From assembly GCA_038127595.1 (NCBI GenBank), contig JAYPIC010000008.1, positions 1-46,254 on the forward strand: 46,254 nt of DNA. Direction: 5' to 3'. Positions 13,330 through 23,820 of the stretch are shown here, one piece after another. The stretch's first letter is position 1, and the number at the start of each line of letters is the position of its first letter. A program made the translations under genes and the position numbers. The DNA is from a bacterium (GTDB taxonomy: Bacteria; Fidelibacterota; Marinisomatia; Marinisomatales; UBA1611). The notes under the pieces were generated by a model, which saw only the letters and a list, made by a program, of their open reading frames with translations, did no database searches and was not told the origin of the DNA.

Positions 13330-14412
13330 TTAATCTAAGATAACAAGATCTTTAGTTGTTTTATTTAATATTTCACAACCATCTTGATTAATAATAACAT
13401 CATCCTCGATTCTAACTCCTCCCCATCCAGCGAGATAAATACCAGGTTCAATTGTCATTACATTATTTTCTTTTAGGATGTCCTTACTGGTTGGCGCAAA
13501 CCTAGGCGATGTATGAATTTCTAAACCTAACCCATGACCAGTACCATGAGTATAATATTCTCCATACCCCATTTCATGAATATAGTCTCTAGTAGCAGCA
13601 TCAACTTCTTTGCAAGAGACGCCTGCTTTGGCTATATCGCAACCTCTTTGTTGAGCTTCTTTTACAATTGCATATACTTCATGATGTTTTTCAGTTGCCT
13701 CACCAACTACTGGAGTTCTAGTCATATCAGCATGATATCCAGCATACTTTGCTGCTGCATCAATAACAATAAAATCTCCTTTTTTAAACTCCCTATCCGT
13801 AGGGATAGCATGCGGCAGTGCGCCATTAGGACCAGTTGCAACAATTGGAGAGTAAGCTTCACCATCTCCATATTCTCTATATTTTGATACTAAAGTATTA
13901 GCAACTTGTTTTTCGGTAAACCCTGGACGAAGCATCGGCAATATTTCTTCATAAACTTTATCTGTAATTTCAACAGCAACGCGAAATGCATCTAATTCAG
14001 ATTTATCTTTCACAGATGCAAGGTCCTCAACAATCATTTGAGTACTAGTCCAATTAACATCGTTAAAGTTGCTTTTCATAGAATCATACAATGTGTAATT
14101 GACATGATCTCCTTCAAAACCAATTTTTGAATTGGAGCTTAGTAAGTTATTCTTTTCAATAATTGATAAATGAGATGCCATATCTATAAATCGATCAAAT
14201 CCTTTAACTTGATCTTTTGACTGCTCTATGTATCTACCATCTGTTATAAAATATTGTCCGGCTTGCGTAACTAAACATGTACCAGCTGAACCAGTAAATC
14301 CACAAATGTATCGAATATTTGTCAAGTTCGTGATTAGCAAGCCATCTAGATCATGTTCTGAGAGAACATTCTTTAAATTTTCTTGTCTTTTAAAATATAT
14401 TTCTTCGGTCAT
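13330..14412 (-). CDS. Xaa-Pro peptidase, M24 family
   Basis: TDGRY, ADMTRT, HGTGHGLGLEIH, TIEPG, RIEDD. Confidence 0.95.
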   Translation of the reverse strand: MTEEIYFKRQENLKNVLSEHDLDGLLITNLTNIRYICGFTGSAGTCLVTQAGQYFITDGRYIEQSKDQVKGFDRFIDMASHLSIIEKNNLLSSNSKIGFEGDHVNYTLYDSMKSNFNDVNWTSTQMIVEDLASVKDKSELDAFRVAVEITDKVYEEILPMLRPGFTEKQVANTLVSKYREYGDGEAYSPIVATGPNGALPHAIPTDREFKKGDFIVIDAAAKYAGYHADMTRTPVVGEATEKHHEVYAIVKEAQQRGCDIAKAGVSCKEVDAATRDYIHEMGYGEYYTHGTGHGLGLEIHTSPRFAPTSKDILKENNVMTIEPGIYLAGWGGVRIEDDVIINQDGCEILNKTTKDLVILD

Positions 14413-15101
14413 GACTTTTCATTCTCTTTTTCTGATGTTTTTATTAATGCTTTTACAGAATCCCTCTCAAGTCTTATCATGTCTGGATCTTCACCCTTTT
14501 GCTCCAAAAGGTCAAGGACCTCAAGGGCTTGATAAAAAAGAGCTTGGTTCTTCAATACATTCACCAAGGTAAATGTTGCGAGCCTGACACTTACATTCAA
14601 TGAATCTGTATTCTCATCAACTTTTTTGGTGACTTTTTTTGGTGTTGACCTTTTGGAGGCTTTTTTAGAAGTAGTTTTATTTTTTTTATTTTCAACCTTT
14701 GGAGATTCGACCTTGGCAATGAACTCTCTTGCTATTTTATTAGATGGATCAAGGGCCAAAACTTTTTTCCACGAAGTAAGAAGTCTTGATGGAGATCTAC
14801 CAAGTACAGTTTGAATTTCGCAATACATTATAGCCGCATCAATATTGTCTGGGCTATATTTTAAAACGTGTTTTAACTCTTTTTCTGCATCTTTTAAATT
14901 GCCTTCAGCTTTCTCAACCTTTGCTAAAACAAATCTGCCAGCTGCATCGTTCTCATGATATCCGAGCCCTATATTACAGACTTTTCTCGCTCTTCTATAA
15001 TCCTCTTGATTAAAATATATATCTGCTAAAACAGGAAATAATATCGTATCAAAATGATCTGCAAAATATAATTCTAATTCTATTTGATTTTTTAAATCCA
15101 T
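14409..15101 (-). CDS. TPR-containing protein
   Basis: Helical TPR-like repeats, Lys-rich linker, TFTLVNV-type C-terminal helices. Confidence 0.75.
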   Translation of the reverse strand: MDLKNQIELELYFADHFDTILFPVLADIYFNQEDYRRARKVCNIGLGYHENDAAGRFVLAKVEKAEGNLKDAEKELKHVLKYSPDNIDAAIMYCEIQTVLGRSPSRLLTSWKKVLALDPSNKIAREFIAKVESPKVENKKNKTTSKKASKRSTPKKVTKKVDENTDSLNVSVRLATFTLVNVLKNQALFYQALEVLDLLEQKGEDPDMIRLERDSVKALIKTSEKENEKS

Positions 15102-15102
15102 T

Positions 15103-15507
15103 CTATCGCCTATTTTTTTTAACCCAATTTGTTATATAGTCTATAGTTTCATTTACTGGCGTTCCAGGTCCATATAATTTACCAACACCTGAAGCTTCTA
15201 ACGATTCTATATCTTTTTTTGGTATAATTCCACCACCAATTAACAAAACATCCTCAAGATCTTTTTCTTTCATTATTTCTATAATTCTTGGGAATATTGT
15301 ATTGTGAGCATTATTTAAACTTGATAAAGCAATTACATCAGCATCCTCCTGAACAGCAGCGGATACAATCATTTCAGGAGTTTGTCTTAATCCTAAATAA
15401 ATTACTTCCATACCAGCGTCCCTGTATGCAGCTGCTAATACTTTTATACCTCTATCATGACCATCTAGCCCAGGTTTCGCCATTACAATTCTTATTTTTC
15501 TTTTCAT
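15103..15507 (-). CDS. Cobalamin-binding small subunit of a methylmalonyl-CoA-mutase-type acyl-CoA mutase
   Basis: KPGLDGHDRG (DxHxxG) and GGGIIP motifs. Confidence 0.93.
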   Translation of the reverse strand: MKRKIRIVMAKPGLDGHDRGIKVLAAAYRDAGMEVIYLGLRQTPEMIVSAAVQEDADVIALSSLNNAHNTIFPRIIEIMKEKDLEDVLLIGGGIIPKKDIESLEASGVGKLYGPGTPVNETIDYITNWVKKNRR

Positions 15508-15540
15508 AATTCAAATAAGTTAAATACGCTAAAGATTACT

Positions 15541-15987
15541 TCATAATTCTTTAGAGTTAATTATAAATGTTGCGGGGCCTTCATTTATAAGCTCAACGTT
15601 CATCATTTTACCAAATGAACCACCAAATGTATGAATACCCACCTCTTTGAAACTAGTTATAAGATTTTCATATAGTAAAAGACTAAGCCCTGGAGTTTCT
15701 GCATTCACAAAACTTGGCCTTCTACCCTTTTTTACACTACCGCAAAGAGTGAATTGACTAACAACTAATAAAGATCCATTAACATCCATAATAGATAAGT
15801 TCATTTTATTATTTTCATCCTCAAATATCCGAAGATTCGATATTTTATTAACTATTTTTTGAATGTCTGACTGCCCGTCCCCCTTTTCAATGCCAACTAA
15901 TAGTAATAGACCCAGATCTATTTCAGAAACAACCTCTCTATCAACGGACACACTTGCGCTCGAACATCTCTGAGCAACAACAATCAT
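15541..15987 (-). CDS. dtd: D-aminoacyl-tRNA deacylase
   Basis: SQFTL, GRRPSF, NEGPAT. Confidence 0.96.
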   Translation of the reverse strand: MIVVAQRCSSASVSVDREVVSEIDLGLLLLVGIEKGDGQSDIQKIVNKISNLRIFEDENNKMNLSIMDVNGSLLVVSQFTLCGSVKKGRRPSFVNAETPGLSLLLYENLITSFKEVGIHTFGGSFGKMMNVELINEGPATFIINSKEL

Positions 15988-18900
15988 TCTACTCTAATGT
16001 TTTCCTTGCCATATTTATCCCTTAACTGTTTCACAAAGTTTCTATCCGTTGAAACTTTTACATTGTGAGCTAGAACAGTTATGGGTTTACTTAGAGCTGG
16101 GTTAGGGTTTGATAAATGAAAGAGTAAATTACAATCACCTGGGAACCTTCTAGCAAATTCGTATAAATCTTCAATGTCGTCAGGAGATACATTTTGAGCA
16201 GCTAAGTTAATTATTAACTTTCGAGAAAAATATTCTCTAGCATTTTCCACAGATACAATTTTATCAGCCATCACCTTTAAATCTGAAAAATTAGTGTCAT
16301 CTGCCATCTTCCCATTTATAAATATTACAGCGTCTTCCTCAATTAAATTCTCATATTTTTCAAAACAATCTGAAAATGCAATGACCTCAACTGTACCACC
16401 AAAACAATCCATTTCAAAAAATGCCATCGCCCGGTTTCTTCTATCATATTTTTTTGTAATCTTCGTAACCATACCACCAACAGTAACAATCTCATTCTTT
16501 TTAAGCATTAGGTCATCAGAAAAGTCAACTGATGTAAACTCTTCAATTTCATCAGCATGTTCTAATAGCGGATGCCCTGATACATACATACCCAGGACCT
16601 CTTTCTCGAAAGATAATGATTTTTTTTCGTCCCACTCTTCAATCTCTTTTAGTTCAGGAGTTTTTATTAAAGAACTTTTATCATCCTCCACAGAAAACAA
16701 ATCAACTTGATTCTTATTTCCTGAGTTTTGAAGCTGTTGCCCATATTTAATTGCTGTATCAATCGCATCAAAATTTTGAGCTCTTGACCCAGATAAAGAA
16801 TCCATCGCTCCAGATTTAATTAAACTTTCTAGAACGCGTTTATTCACTTTTTGTTGGTCTATCCTTGAACAAAAATCAAATATAGATTTAAAAGGACCCT
16901 CTTCTTCACGATTCTCAATAATACTTTCAAGGGCTTTTTCGCCAACATTTTTGATAGCATTTAGACCATAAGAGATAGTGGATTTATCTATTGGTGCAAA
17001 CTGTGTATATGAAACATTTACATCCGGTGACTTTACTTCAATTTTTAATTTTTTACATTCATTTATTAGTGTTACAACTCTCTCGATAGTAGACATTTCG
17101 CTTGTTAAATTGGCTGACATAAATTCTGCAGCGTGAAATGTCTTTAACCACGCAGTTTGGTATGCAATGTAAGCATAAGCAGTCGAGTGACTTTTATTAA
17201 ACCCATATTGCGCAAACTTTTCAATCAGAGCATATATTTCTTCGGCTTTTTTCTTCGTAATATTTTTCTCTTGAGCTCCAGATACAAATTTAACAGATAA
17301 CTCATCCATCAATTTTTTATCCTTTTTTCCCATTGCTCTTCTCATAATATCTGCTTCAGATAATGAAAACCCTGCAATATCATGTGCGATTTGCATTACC
17401 TGCTCTTGATAAACAATGATTCCATATGTTTCTTCTAATATCGGGACTAAAGATGGATGAGGATACTCAATTTTTTTATTGCCCTGTTTTCTTGAAATAA
17501 AATTGTCAATATTATTCATTGGCCCTGGCCTATATAGAGCATTCATTGCAATTAAATCACCAATGACAGTTGGTTGAAGTTTTTTTAAAAATTCTCTCAT
17601 CCCTGATGATTCGAATTGGAATACACCAATCGTCAGCCCATTTGCAAATAACTTATATACCTCAGGCTCCTCCATTGAAACTTTATCAATTTGTACTTTC
17701 TCACCTTTTAATTCGATAAGCTCTAACGCTTTATTAATTACAGTTAAATTTCTAAGACCCAAAAAGTCCATTTTTAGAAGCCCTAGGTCTTCTAAACCCT
17801 TCATGTCATATTGAGTAGTTATATCACCAGATGATGATTTATATAAAGGGACATAATTAGTTAAATCTCCAGGAGCAATTACTACTCCAGCAGCATGAAT
17901 AGAAGCATGCCTATTCATTCCTTCTAGGACTAGAGAATGCTCTACTAATTCTTTATATTCATTTTCAGACATCTTACGGAATTCTGGGCTTTTTTTAATC
18001 GCACTTTCTAGGGTTATACCAAGCTCATCTGGAATTGCTTTAGCTAAACGATCAACCTCACTAAATGTATAACCCATCACTCTACCAACATCTCGAATTA
18101 CTTGTTTGGCTTTCATTGAACCAAAAGTAATTATCTGAGATACGGATGTTTCACCATATTGTGTCTTTATATAATCAATTACCTCGCCTCTTCTTTCAAT
18201 GCAAAAGTCAATATCAATATCAGGCATACTGATCCTGTCAGGATTAAGAAATCTTTCAAAAAGTAAATTATGCTTTATTGGATCAATATCAGTTATGCCT
18301 AAAGCATAAGACACTAAACTGCCTGCAGCAGACCCACGACCTGGACCTACAGGGATCTTATTATTTTTGGCATATTGAACAAAATCAGCAGTTATTAAAA
18401 AATAACCAGCAAATCCCATATTTTTTATGACGCCTAATTCGTGATCAATTAAATGATTTACTTTTGGTGTCAATTCTTCATAAAGGCCTTTTGCGCCATC
18501 CACAACTAACTTTCTTAGGTAATCATCAGGATCTTTATTTGACTCATTTTCAGGAATAGGAAAATTAGGTAAGTGGTACTCACCTGTATTAATTTCAAAA
18601 TCTATACTTTCGGCAATTTTTCTTGTGTTTTCAATAGCTCCAGGAACATCCTTAAAAAGCTTATGCATCTCATCTTGACTCTTGAAATAAAACTCTGGCG
18701 TAGCATACCTTAATCTGTTGGGATCGTTTCTGTCTTTCCCCGTACCAAGACAAATGTGAATGTCATGTGCTTCTGAGTGCTCTTTTTTTGAATAGTGTGC
18801 ATCATTAGTACATACAATGGGTAAAGAAAGATCATGAGCTAATTTTTTCATATTTTCAATGTTAGCCTCTTCTTCAGGTATACCATGATTTTGAACTTCG

Positions 18901-19424
18901 AGATAAAATCGATCTGAAAAAATCTCAGAAAACTTTAGAGCAGCATCTCTAGCACCTTCATAGTCTCCATTTAACATTTTCTCTGGAATTTCACCTTTTA
19001 GACAACCAGATAAACACACTAATCCTTCACTGTGATCTTTCAAAAGTTCCATATCAATTCTAGGTCGATAATAAAAACCCTCTAAATAACCAGCAGTTAC
19101 AAGCTTCATAAGGTTTTTATACCCAAGCTGATTTTGAACTAATAAAATCAAATGATTGTTACCCCACCCTCCGCCTGTTTGAGGCTTTTTATTATGCCTG
19201 CTTTCTACTGCAACATATGTCTCACAACCAATAATTGGATTGATACCTGCTTTTTGAGCTTTTTGATAAAATGGCACAGTACTAAACATATTACCATGCT
19301 CAGTAAGAGCCACTCCATCCATATTCAAATCATCTATAGTATTTACTAATTGCTCAACTCTTTGAGCGCCATCTAGCAGGCTATAATCGGAATGATTATG
19401 AAGATGTACAAATTCAGAAGTCAT
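15984..19424 (-). CDS. dnaE: DNA polymerase III alpha subunit
   Basis: FVHLHNHSDYSLLDG PHP domain, GRGSAAGS, PDIDIDF, FNKSH; ATG at 19424 (TAATG overlap) preferred to 19469. Confidence 0.98.
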   Translation of the reverse strand: MTSEFVHLHNHSDYSLLDGAQRVEQLVNTIDDLNMDGVALTEHGNMFSTVPFYQKAQKAGINPIIGCETYVAVESRHNKKPQTGGGWGNNHLILLVQNQLGYKNLMKLVTAGYLEGFYYRPRIDMELLKDHSEGLVCLSGCLKGEIPEKMLNGDYEGARDAALKFSEIFSDRFYLEVQNHGIPEEEANIENMKKLAHDLSLPIVCTNDAHYSKKEHSEAHDIHICLGTGKDRNDPNRLRYATPEFYFKSQDEMHKLFKDVPGAIENTRKIAESIDFEINTGEYHLPNFPIPENESNKDPDDYLRKLVVDGAKGLYEELTPKVNHLIDHELGVIKNMGFAGYFLITADFVQYAKNNKIPVGPGRGSAAGSLVSYALGITDIDPIKHNLLFERFLNPDRISMPDIDIDFCIERRGEVIDYIKTQYGETSVSQIITFGSMKAKQVIRDVGRVMGYTFSEVDRLAKAIPDELGITLESAIKKSPEFRKMSENEYKELVEHSLVLEGMNRHASIHAAGVVIAPGDLTNYVPLYKSSSGDITTQYDMKGLEDLGLLKMDFLGLRNLTVINKALELIELKGEKVQIDKVSMEEPEVYKLFANGLTIGVFQFESSGMREFLKKLQPTVIGDLIAMNALYRPGPMNNIDNFISRKQGNKKIEYPHPSLVPILEETYGIIVYQEQVMQIAHDIAGFSLSEADIMRRAMGKKDKKLMDELSVKFVSGAQEKNITKKKAEEIYALIEKFAQYGFNKSHSTAYAYIAYQTAWLKTFHAAEFMSANLTSEMSTIERVVTLINECKKLKIEVKSPDVNVSYTQFAPIDKSTISYGLNAIKNVGEKALESIIENREEEGPFKSIFDFCSRIDQQKVNKRVLESLIKSGAMDSLSGSRAQNFDAIDTAIKYGQQLQNSGNKNQVDLFSVEDDKSSLIKTPELKEIEEWDEKKSLSFEKEVLGMYVSGHPLLEHADEIEEFTSVDFSDDLMLKKNEIVTVGGMVTKITKKYDRRNRAMAFFEMDCFGGTVEVIAFSDCFEKYENLIEEDAVIFINGKMADDTNFSDLKVMADKIVSVENAREYFSRKLIINLAAQNVSPDDIEDLYEFARRFPGDCNLLFHLSNPNPALSKPITVLAHNVKVSTDRNFVKQLRDKYGKENIRVE

Positions 19425-20266
19425 TAAATTGTTCCTATATAAATGGAAAATAAACCACCAAGGGTACAAATTTTTAATAATTTTGCCCCTTTTTTAGCGG
19501 TCTTAGAATTAGGTTTATTTAATAATGAAATTACGACAACAGCTAATGGAATCTCAACAGTGATAAGTAGTAAAATACCATAATAAAAATTATAATATCC
19601 ATTTAAAAATAAGAGGAAAGCTAAACAACCTAAAATAGCTGATAAAAAAGTGCAAAGATAAACAGCTTTTTCACTTCCAAAAATTATTGGAAAGGTCCTT
19701 GCACCTACTATTTTATCTCCTTCTAAATCTGCTATATCTTTTACGATTTCTCTTATAAGAGTTAAACCGAATGCTAATAATGCTGGAACAATCAATGGCT
19801 TTATATTTTCAAAAACTATACCAGCGTATATAAAAGACAATCCAAGTATTAATGCAACAATAACATTGCCAACCAATGGATAATTTTTTGCCTTTGCATT
19901 ATAAAATATTAGTAATGGAAGGGAGACAAAAATTGATAGAATTTGAGAATTAAAATTGAGTTGTAATGATAGAAAAACTCCAGCTACAAATGAAAATATC
20001 GAGATATATAACGCCTGAATTCTTGTAACATCTCCAACAATTATTGCTCTATCAGGTCTATTCACTCTATCAATTTCATGATCAAAATAATCATTTAATA
20101 CGTTTGCTCCAATGGTGAAAAAAATAACAACAAATATTGCTAATAGAACATTACTAGTTGATCCTTGATAACCTGCCATTTGAGAAGAAAATAAAATTGC
20201 AATACCACTTGATATAACATTTAATGGTCTAATAATTTTTATAACAGAAAAAATCTTTTTTAACAT
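19424..20266 (-). CDS. UbiA-superfamily prenyltransferase, DGGGP synthase-like
   Basis: IRPLN, NDYFDHEIDRVNRPDR, REIVKDIADLEGD..GARTFPI motifs; multiple TM helices. Confidence 0.82.
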   Translation of the reverse strand: MLKKIFSVIKIIRPLNVISSGIAILFSSQMAGYQGSTSNVLLAIFVVIFFTIGANVLNDYFDHEIDRVNRPDRAIIVGDVTRIQALYISIFSFVAGVFLSLQLNFNSQILSIFVSLPLLIFYNAKAKNYPLVGNVIVALILGLSFIYAGIVFENIKPLIVPALLAFGLTLIREIVKDIADLEGDKIVGARTFPIIFGSEKAVYLCTFLSAILGCLAFLLFLNGYYNFYYGILLLITVEIPLAVVVISLLNKPNSKTAKKGAKLLKICTLGGLFSIYIGTI

Positions 20267-21138
20267 TTCATTACTTTTAAAACTCTAATATCACCGTTGT
20301 AGTCATTTATCATTTCTACTTTTACGTGCTCAGATTGTTCAAATATCTTTTTTGCTTCTAAAGGGTGTTCATCCTTGCCAGTTTCTACAATAAGGGCTCC
20401 ATCTATTTTAATCATCGTGTCAAATTTTTTTGAAAAAACTCTATAAAACTCTAATCCATCTAAATTGTCCGTTAGAGCTTCTCTTGGTTCATATTCTTTT
20501 ACATCAGACATTAAATTTGAAATATCTTCCTTTGGAATGTAAGGTGGGTTTGAAACTAATAAATCAGCTCGAAGATTTATAGATTGTTTTAAGAAATCAG
20601 ATTTAACAAAATCTATATTTTTTATCCCAATATTTTTAGCATTTTCCTCTGCTACAGCCAATGCTTTTTCAGAAAAATCAATTGCAATAACATTTGAAGA
20701 TGGTATTTCTTTAGCTAAAGTTATTCCAATACAACCAGAGCCCGTACCAATGTCTATGATTTCTGGATTATTTTTCATGGAAAGAAATTCAATACATTCA
20801 TTTATAAGAATTTCAGTTTCCGGTCTAGGTATTAGAACATTATTATCAACATAAAAATTTCTTCCATAAAAATTTGACCTGCCTACAATATACTGACTAG
20901 GCTCATTTTCCAATCTCCTTTTAATATATCCTTTTAATTTTTTTAAATCAGGTGCAGAAACTTCATTTTCAAAGTTTATGTAGAGGTCTATTTTCTTACA
21001 ATCAAGTATATGCTGTAAAAAAATTTCTATTTCTAGGCGAGGGTTTTCTAGAGATTTATTCTCAAAATAATCTACTCCCCAATTAATGACATCAATGATT
21101 CGCCAGGGCTTACCATCTTCTTTTTTAACAGAGTTCAA
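20260..21138 (-). CDS. prmC: Release factor glutamine methyltransferase
   Basis: LIPRPETE, DIGTGSG, SNPPY; next to prfA. Confidence 0.96.
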   Translation of the reverse strand: MNSVKKEDGKPWRIIDVINWGVDYFENKSLENPRLEIEIFLQHILDCKKIDLYINFENEVSAPDLKKLKGYIKRRLENEPSQYIVGRSNFYGRNFYVDNNVLIPRPETEILINECIEFLSMKNNPEIIDIGTGSGCIGITLAKEIPSSNVIAIDFSEKALAVAEENAKNIGIKNIDFVKSDFLKQSINLRADLLVSNPPYIPKEDISNLMSDVKEYEPREALTDNLDGLEFYRVFSKKFDTMIKIDGALIVETGKDEHPLEAKKIFEQSEHVKVEMINDYNGDIRVLKVMKC

Positions 21139-21165
21139 AAATTCTTTATGTTATTTTAATCTAAA

Positions 21166-22233
21166 TCAATCTGTTTCCGCAGATAAAATATCTTGTTGTT
21201 CAGCAATCTTTAATTTTTCGATTATCTCTTCAATGTCACCATTCATTATTTCAGATAAACGATATGAGGTGAAATTTATACGATGGTCTGTTACTCTGCC
21301 TTGTGGAAAATTATATGTTCTAATTTTTGCAGATCTATCTCCAGTAGAAACTAAACTCTTTCTTTCAGCAGCTCTCTCTGCGGCAGCTTTTTCCTTTTGA
21401 TCAGCTAATAATCTAGATCGTAATACTTTCAGTGCTGCTGCTCTATTTTTATGTTGTGATGATTCATCTTGGCAAGTTACGACTAAACCAGATGGAATAT
21501 GTGTAATCCTTATAGCAGATTCTGTTTTATTTACATGCTGACCACCAGCACCACTCGCTCTATATGTGTCAATTTTCAGATCTACGTCATTAATCTCGAC
21601 ATCTACTTCATCTGCTTCTGGCAAAACAGCAACCGTCGCTGCAGACGTGTGAACCCTACCACCGGTTTCCGTTTCTGGTACTCGCTGGACCCTATGAACG
21701 CCACTTTCATATTTCAACATCCCGTATGCTCCATTACCCTTCAGAGAGATAATCACTTCCTTAAACCCACCAATACCTATCTCATTTGAAGCAATTAATT
21801 CTTTATCCCAACTGTATTTCTCTGAAAAGTGCGAATATAACCGAAATAGATCTGCTGCAAATAAAGCGGCTTCGTCACCGCCTGTCCCAGCTCTTATTTC
21901 TAAAATTATGTTTTTATTATCAAGTGGATCTTTTGGTAATAATTTTATTTTAAGATCTTTTTCAAGATCTAATTTTCTATTTTTACTCTCTGTTAATTCT
22001 TCTATTGCTAGCTCTTTCAACTCATCGTCATCAGAATTTATCATAGCTTCACAATCGATAATTTGATCTAGTATTTTTATATATTCTTTGCCTGTAAAAA
22101 CAACAGGCTCAAGTTGTTTATATTCTTTTGCAAGATCTTTAAGTTTGTCAGGATTAGATATGATTTCTGACTCTGCCATTTGATCTTGAATAGAATTATA
22201 TCTTTCAATTATAGATTCTAACTTATCTCTCAT
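21166..22233 (-). CDS. prfA: Peptide chain release factor 1
   Basis: GGQ motif, VPETE (PxT), GTGGDEA. Confidence 0.98.
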   Translation of the reverse strand: MRDKLESIIERYNSIQDQMAESEIISNPDKLKDLAKEYKQLEPVVFTGKEYIKILDQIIDCEAMINSDDDELKELAIEELTESKNRKLDLEKDLKIKLLPKDPLDNKNIILEIRAGTGGDEAALFAADLFRLYSHFSEKYSWDKELIASNEIGIGGFKEVIISLKGNGAYGMLKYESGVHRVQRVPETETGGRVHTSAATVAVLPEADEVDVEINDVDLKIDTYRASGAGGQHVNKTESAIRITHIPSGLVVTCQDESSQHKNRAAALKVLRSRLLADQKEKAAAERAAERKSLVSTGDRSAKIRTYNFPQGRVTDHRINFTSYRLSEIMNGDIEEIIEKLKIAEQQDILSAETD

Positions 22234-22310
22234 TTTATGCCTTTAACTTTAATTTTACCTCATAAATGAGAATATTTTTACAAGTTTAATAACAGTAATA
22301 GTCTATTAAT

Positions 22311-22350
22311 AAAAAAATAGCCGCACTGAACACTTAGTCAAATACGGCTA
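22311..22350 (-). terminator. Intrinsic terminator after rpmE2
   Basis: Minus strand TAGCCGTAT...GTGCGGCTA stem followed by T7. Confidence 0.78.
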
Positions 22351-22368
22351 CAATAGTTGTATAATTAT

Positions 22369-22617
22369 TTATTTCTTGTTGTATTTTTTCTGGAATTTTT
22401 CAATTCTACCAGCAGTATCAACTAAGTTTTGTTGACCTGTAAAGAATGGATGAGACTTATTAGAGATCTCTATATTGTATAGCGGATATTCATTACCATC
22501 ATCCCATACTACAGTGTCTTTTGTTTCTACTGTAGATTTTGTCAAAAATGAATAATCACATGACAGGTCTTTAAAAACAACTAACCTATAATTCTCTGGA
22601 TGTATATCTTTCTTCAT
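22369..22617 (-). CDS. rpmE2: 50S ribosomal protein L31, type B
   Basis: MKKDIHP, SHPFFTG, AGRIEKF; 82 aa; no CxxC pairs; AGGAG upstream. Confidence 0.95.
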   Translation of the reverse strand: MKKDIHPENYRLVVFKDLSCDYSFLTKSTVETKDTVVWDDGNEYPLYNIEISNKSHPFFTGQQNLVDTAGRIEKFQKKYNKK

Positions 22618-22626
22618 TTTGCACTC

Positions 22627-23820
22627 CTAAATTATTTCTAGGGCATTTTTTACACGTCCCATGCCCTCTTTAATTATTTTGCTACTGGTTGCATATGAAA
22701 ATCGTATATGCCCCGATGAACCAAAACCATCTCCTGGAACAGTAACAACCTGAACAGCGTCGAGAATATACTCTGAAATATCAAAAGTATCTTTTAATAA
22801 TTTACCATTCGCTTCTTTATTTAAATAATAACTAAAATCGGGAAAAACATAAAAAGCTCCATTAGGTACAGGGCATTTTACCCCAGGAAGTTCATTCAAG
22901 AGCTGCACTATTAAATCTCTTCTTTTTAAAAAAGATTTTTTCATATCCTCTACACACTGCTGGTCTCCTAACAAAGCCTCAATACTTGCTTTTTGACCAA
23001 TTGAATTTGCACATGAAGTAGCTTGCCCCTGAATTTTTGACATAGCCTTGATTATATCTTCAGGCCCTGCTGCATAACCTATCCTCCATCCAGTCATAGC
23101 ATAAGTTTTTGATAAGCTCATGCACGTTAAAACAGTAGCTCCAATATTATGAGTTTTGTTTAATTTTTCTGCGCTAGTAAAATTTCCATCATAAACTAAT
23201 CTTTCATAGCACTCATCAGAAATAACAATCCATCCATGTTTCTTTGCAAGTTTTAATAGTTCGATAATTGCTGCATCACGCCACACTCCGCCAGTTGGAT
23301 TTGAAGGGGAATTAATAATTACTCCTTTTATAGATGAATTAATTTTTGATTTTAAATCATCAAAATCAGGTTCAAAATTTTTATCAGGAATAGTATCTAC
23401 AAGAACGGGCTTTGCTTCAGCCATTTTAACAAATTCTGGAAATGAAACCCAGTAAGGTGAAAAAACAATTACACTTTCATCGGGATTAAATATCGCCTGG
23501 CATGCATTGTATAGACTTTGTTTTTCTCCATTCGACACGAGAATATTTTTAGGCTCGTAAGATAACCCATTCTCTCTATCTAATTTTTCACAAATTGCCT
23601 CTCTAAGTTCAAGCATCCCGGGTCCTGCAGTATATTTTGTGTATCCCTCATCTAATGCTTTTTTTGCAGCATCCCTTATGTGTTTTGGAGTATTAAAATC
23701 AGGTTCCCCAACAGAAAAGTTTATTACATCGATTCCTTTTGACCTCATGTCTGCTGCTTTTGTTGCCATCTGCAGAGTAAAAGATGGATTAATTTTTGAT
23801 ACTCTTTTTGCTATGCTCAT
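22627..23820 (-). CDS. Class I/II PLP aminotransferase (aspartate aminotransferase-like)
   Basis: GEPDF, NSPSNPTG, SDECY, SKTYAMTGWRIG. Confidence 0.93.
   Translation of the reverse strand: MSIAKRVSKINPSFTLQMATKAADMRSKGIDVINFSVGEPDFNTPKHIRDAAKKALDEGYTKYTAGPGMLELREAICEKLDRENGLSYEPKNILVSNGEKQSLYNACQAIFNPDESVIVFSPYWVSFPEFVKMAEAKPVLVDTIPDKNFEPDFDDLKSKINSSIKGVIINSPSNPTGGVWRDAAIIELLKLAKKHGWIVISDECYERLVYDGNFTSAEKLNKTHNIGATVLTCMSLSKTYAMTGWRIGYAAGPEDIIKAMSKIQGQATSCANSIGQKASIEALLGDQQCVEDMKKSFLKRRDLIVQLLNELPGVKCPVPNGAFYVFPDFSYYLNKEANGKLLKDTFDISEYILDAVQVVTVPGDGFGSSGHIRFSYATSSKIIKEGMGRVKNALEII

Noticed and set aside
15984..19469. Intein in dnaE, or N-terminal extension from 19469
   Set aside because: Length and motif spacing are normal; the extension overlaps the UbiA gene and ATG 19424 gives the canonical start
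22369..22617. Type B L31 as a zinc-starvation paralog; archaeal-type ProS as recent transfer
   Set aside because: Both forms are ordinary in FCB-group bacteria and sit in core operons
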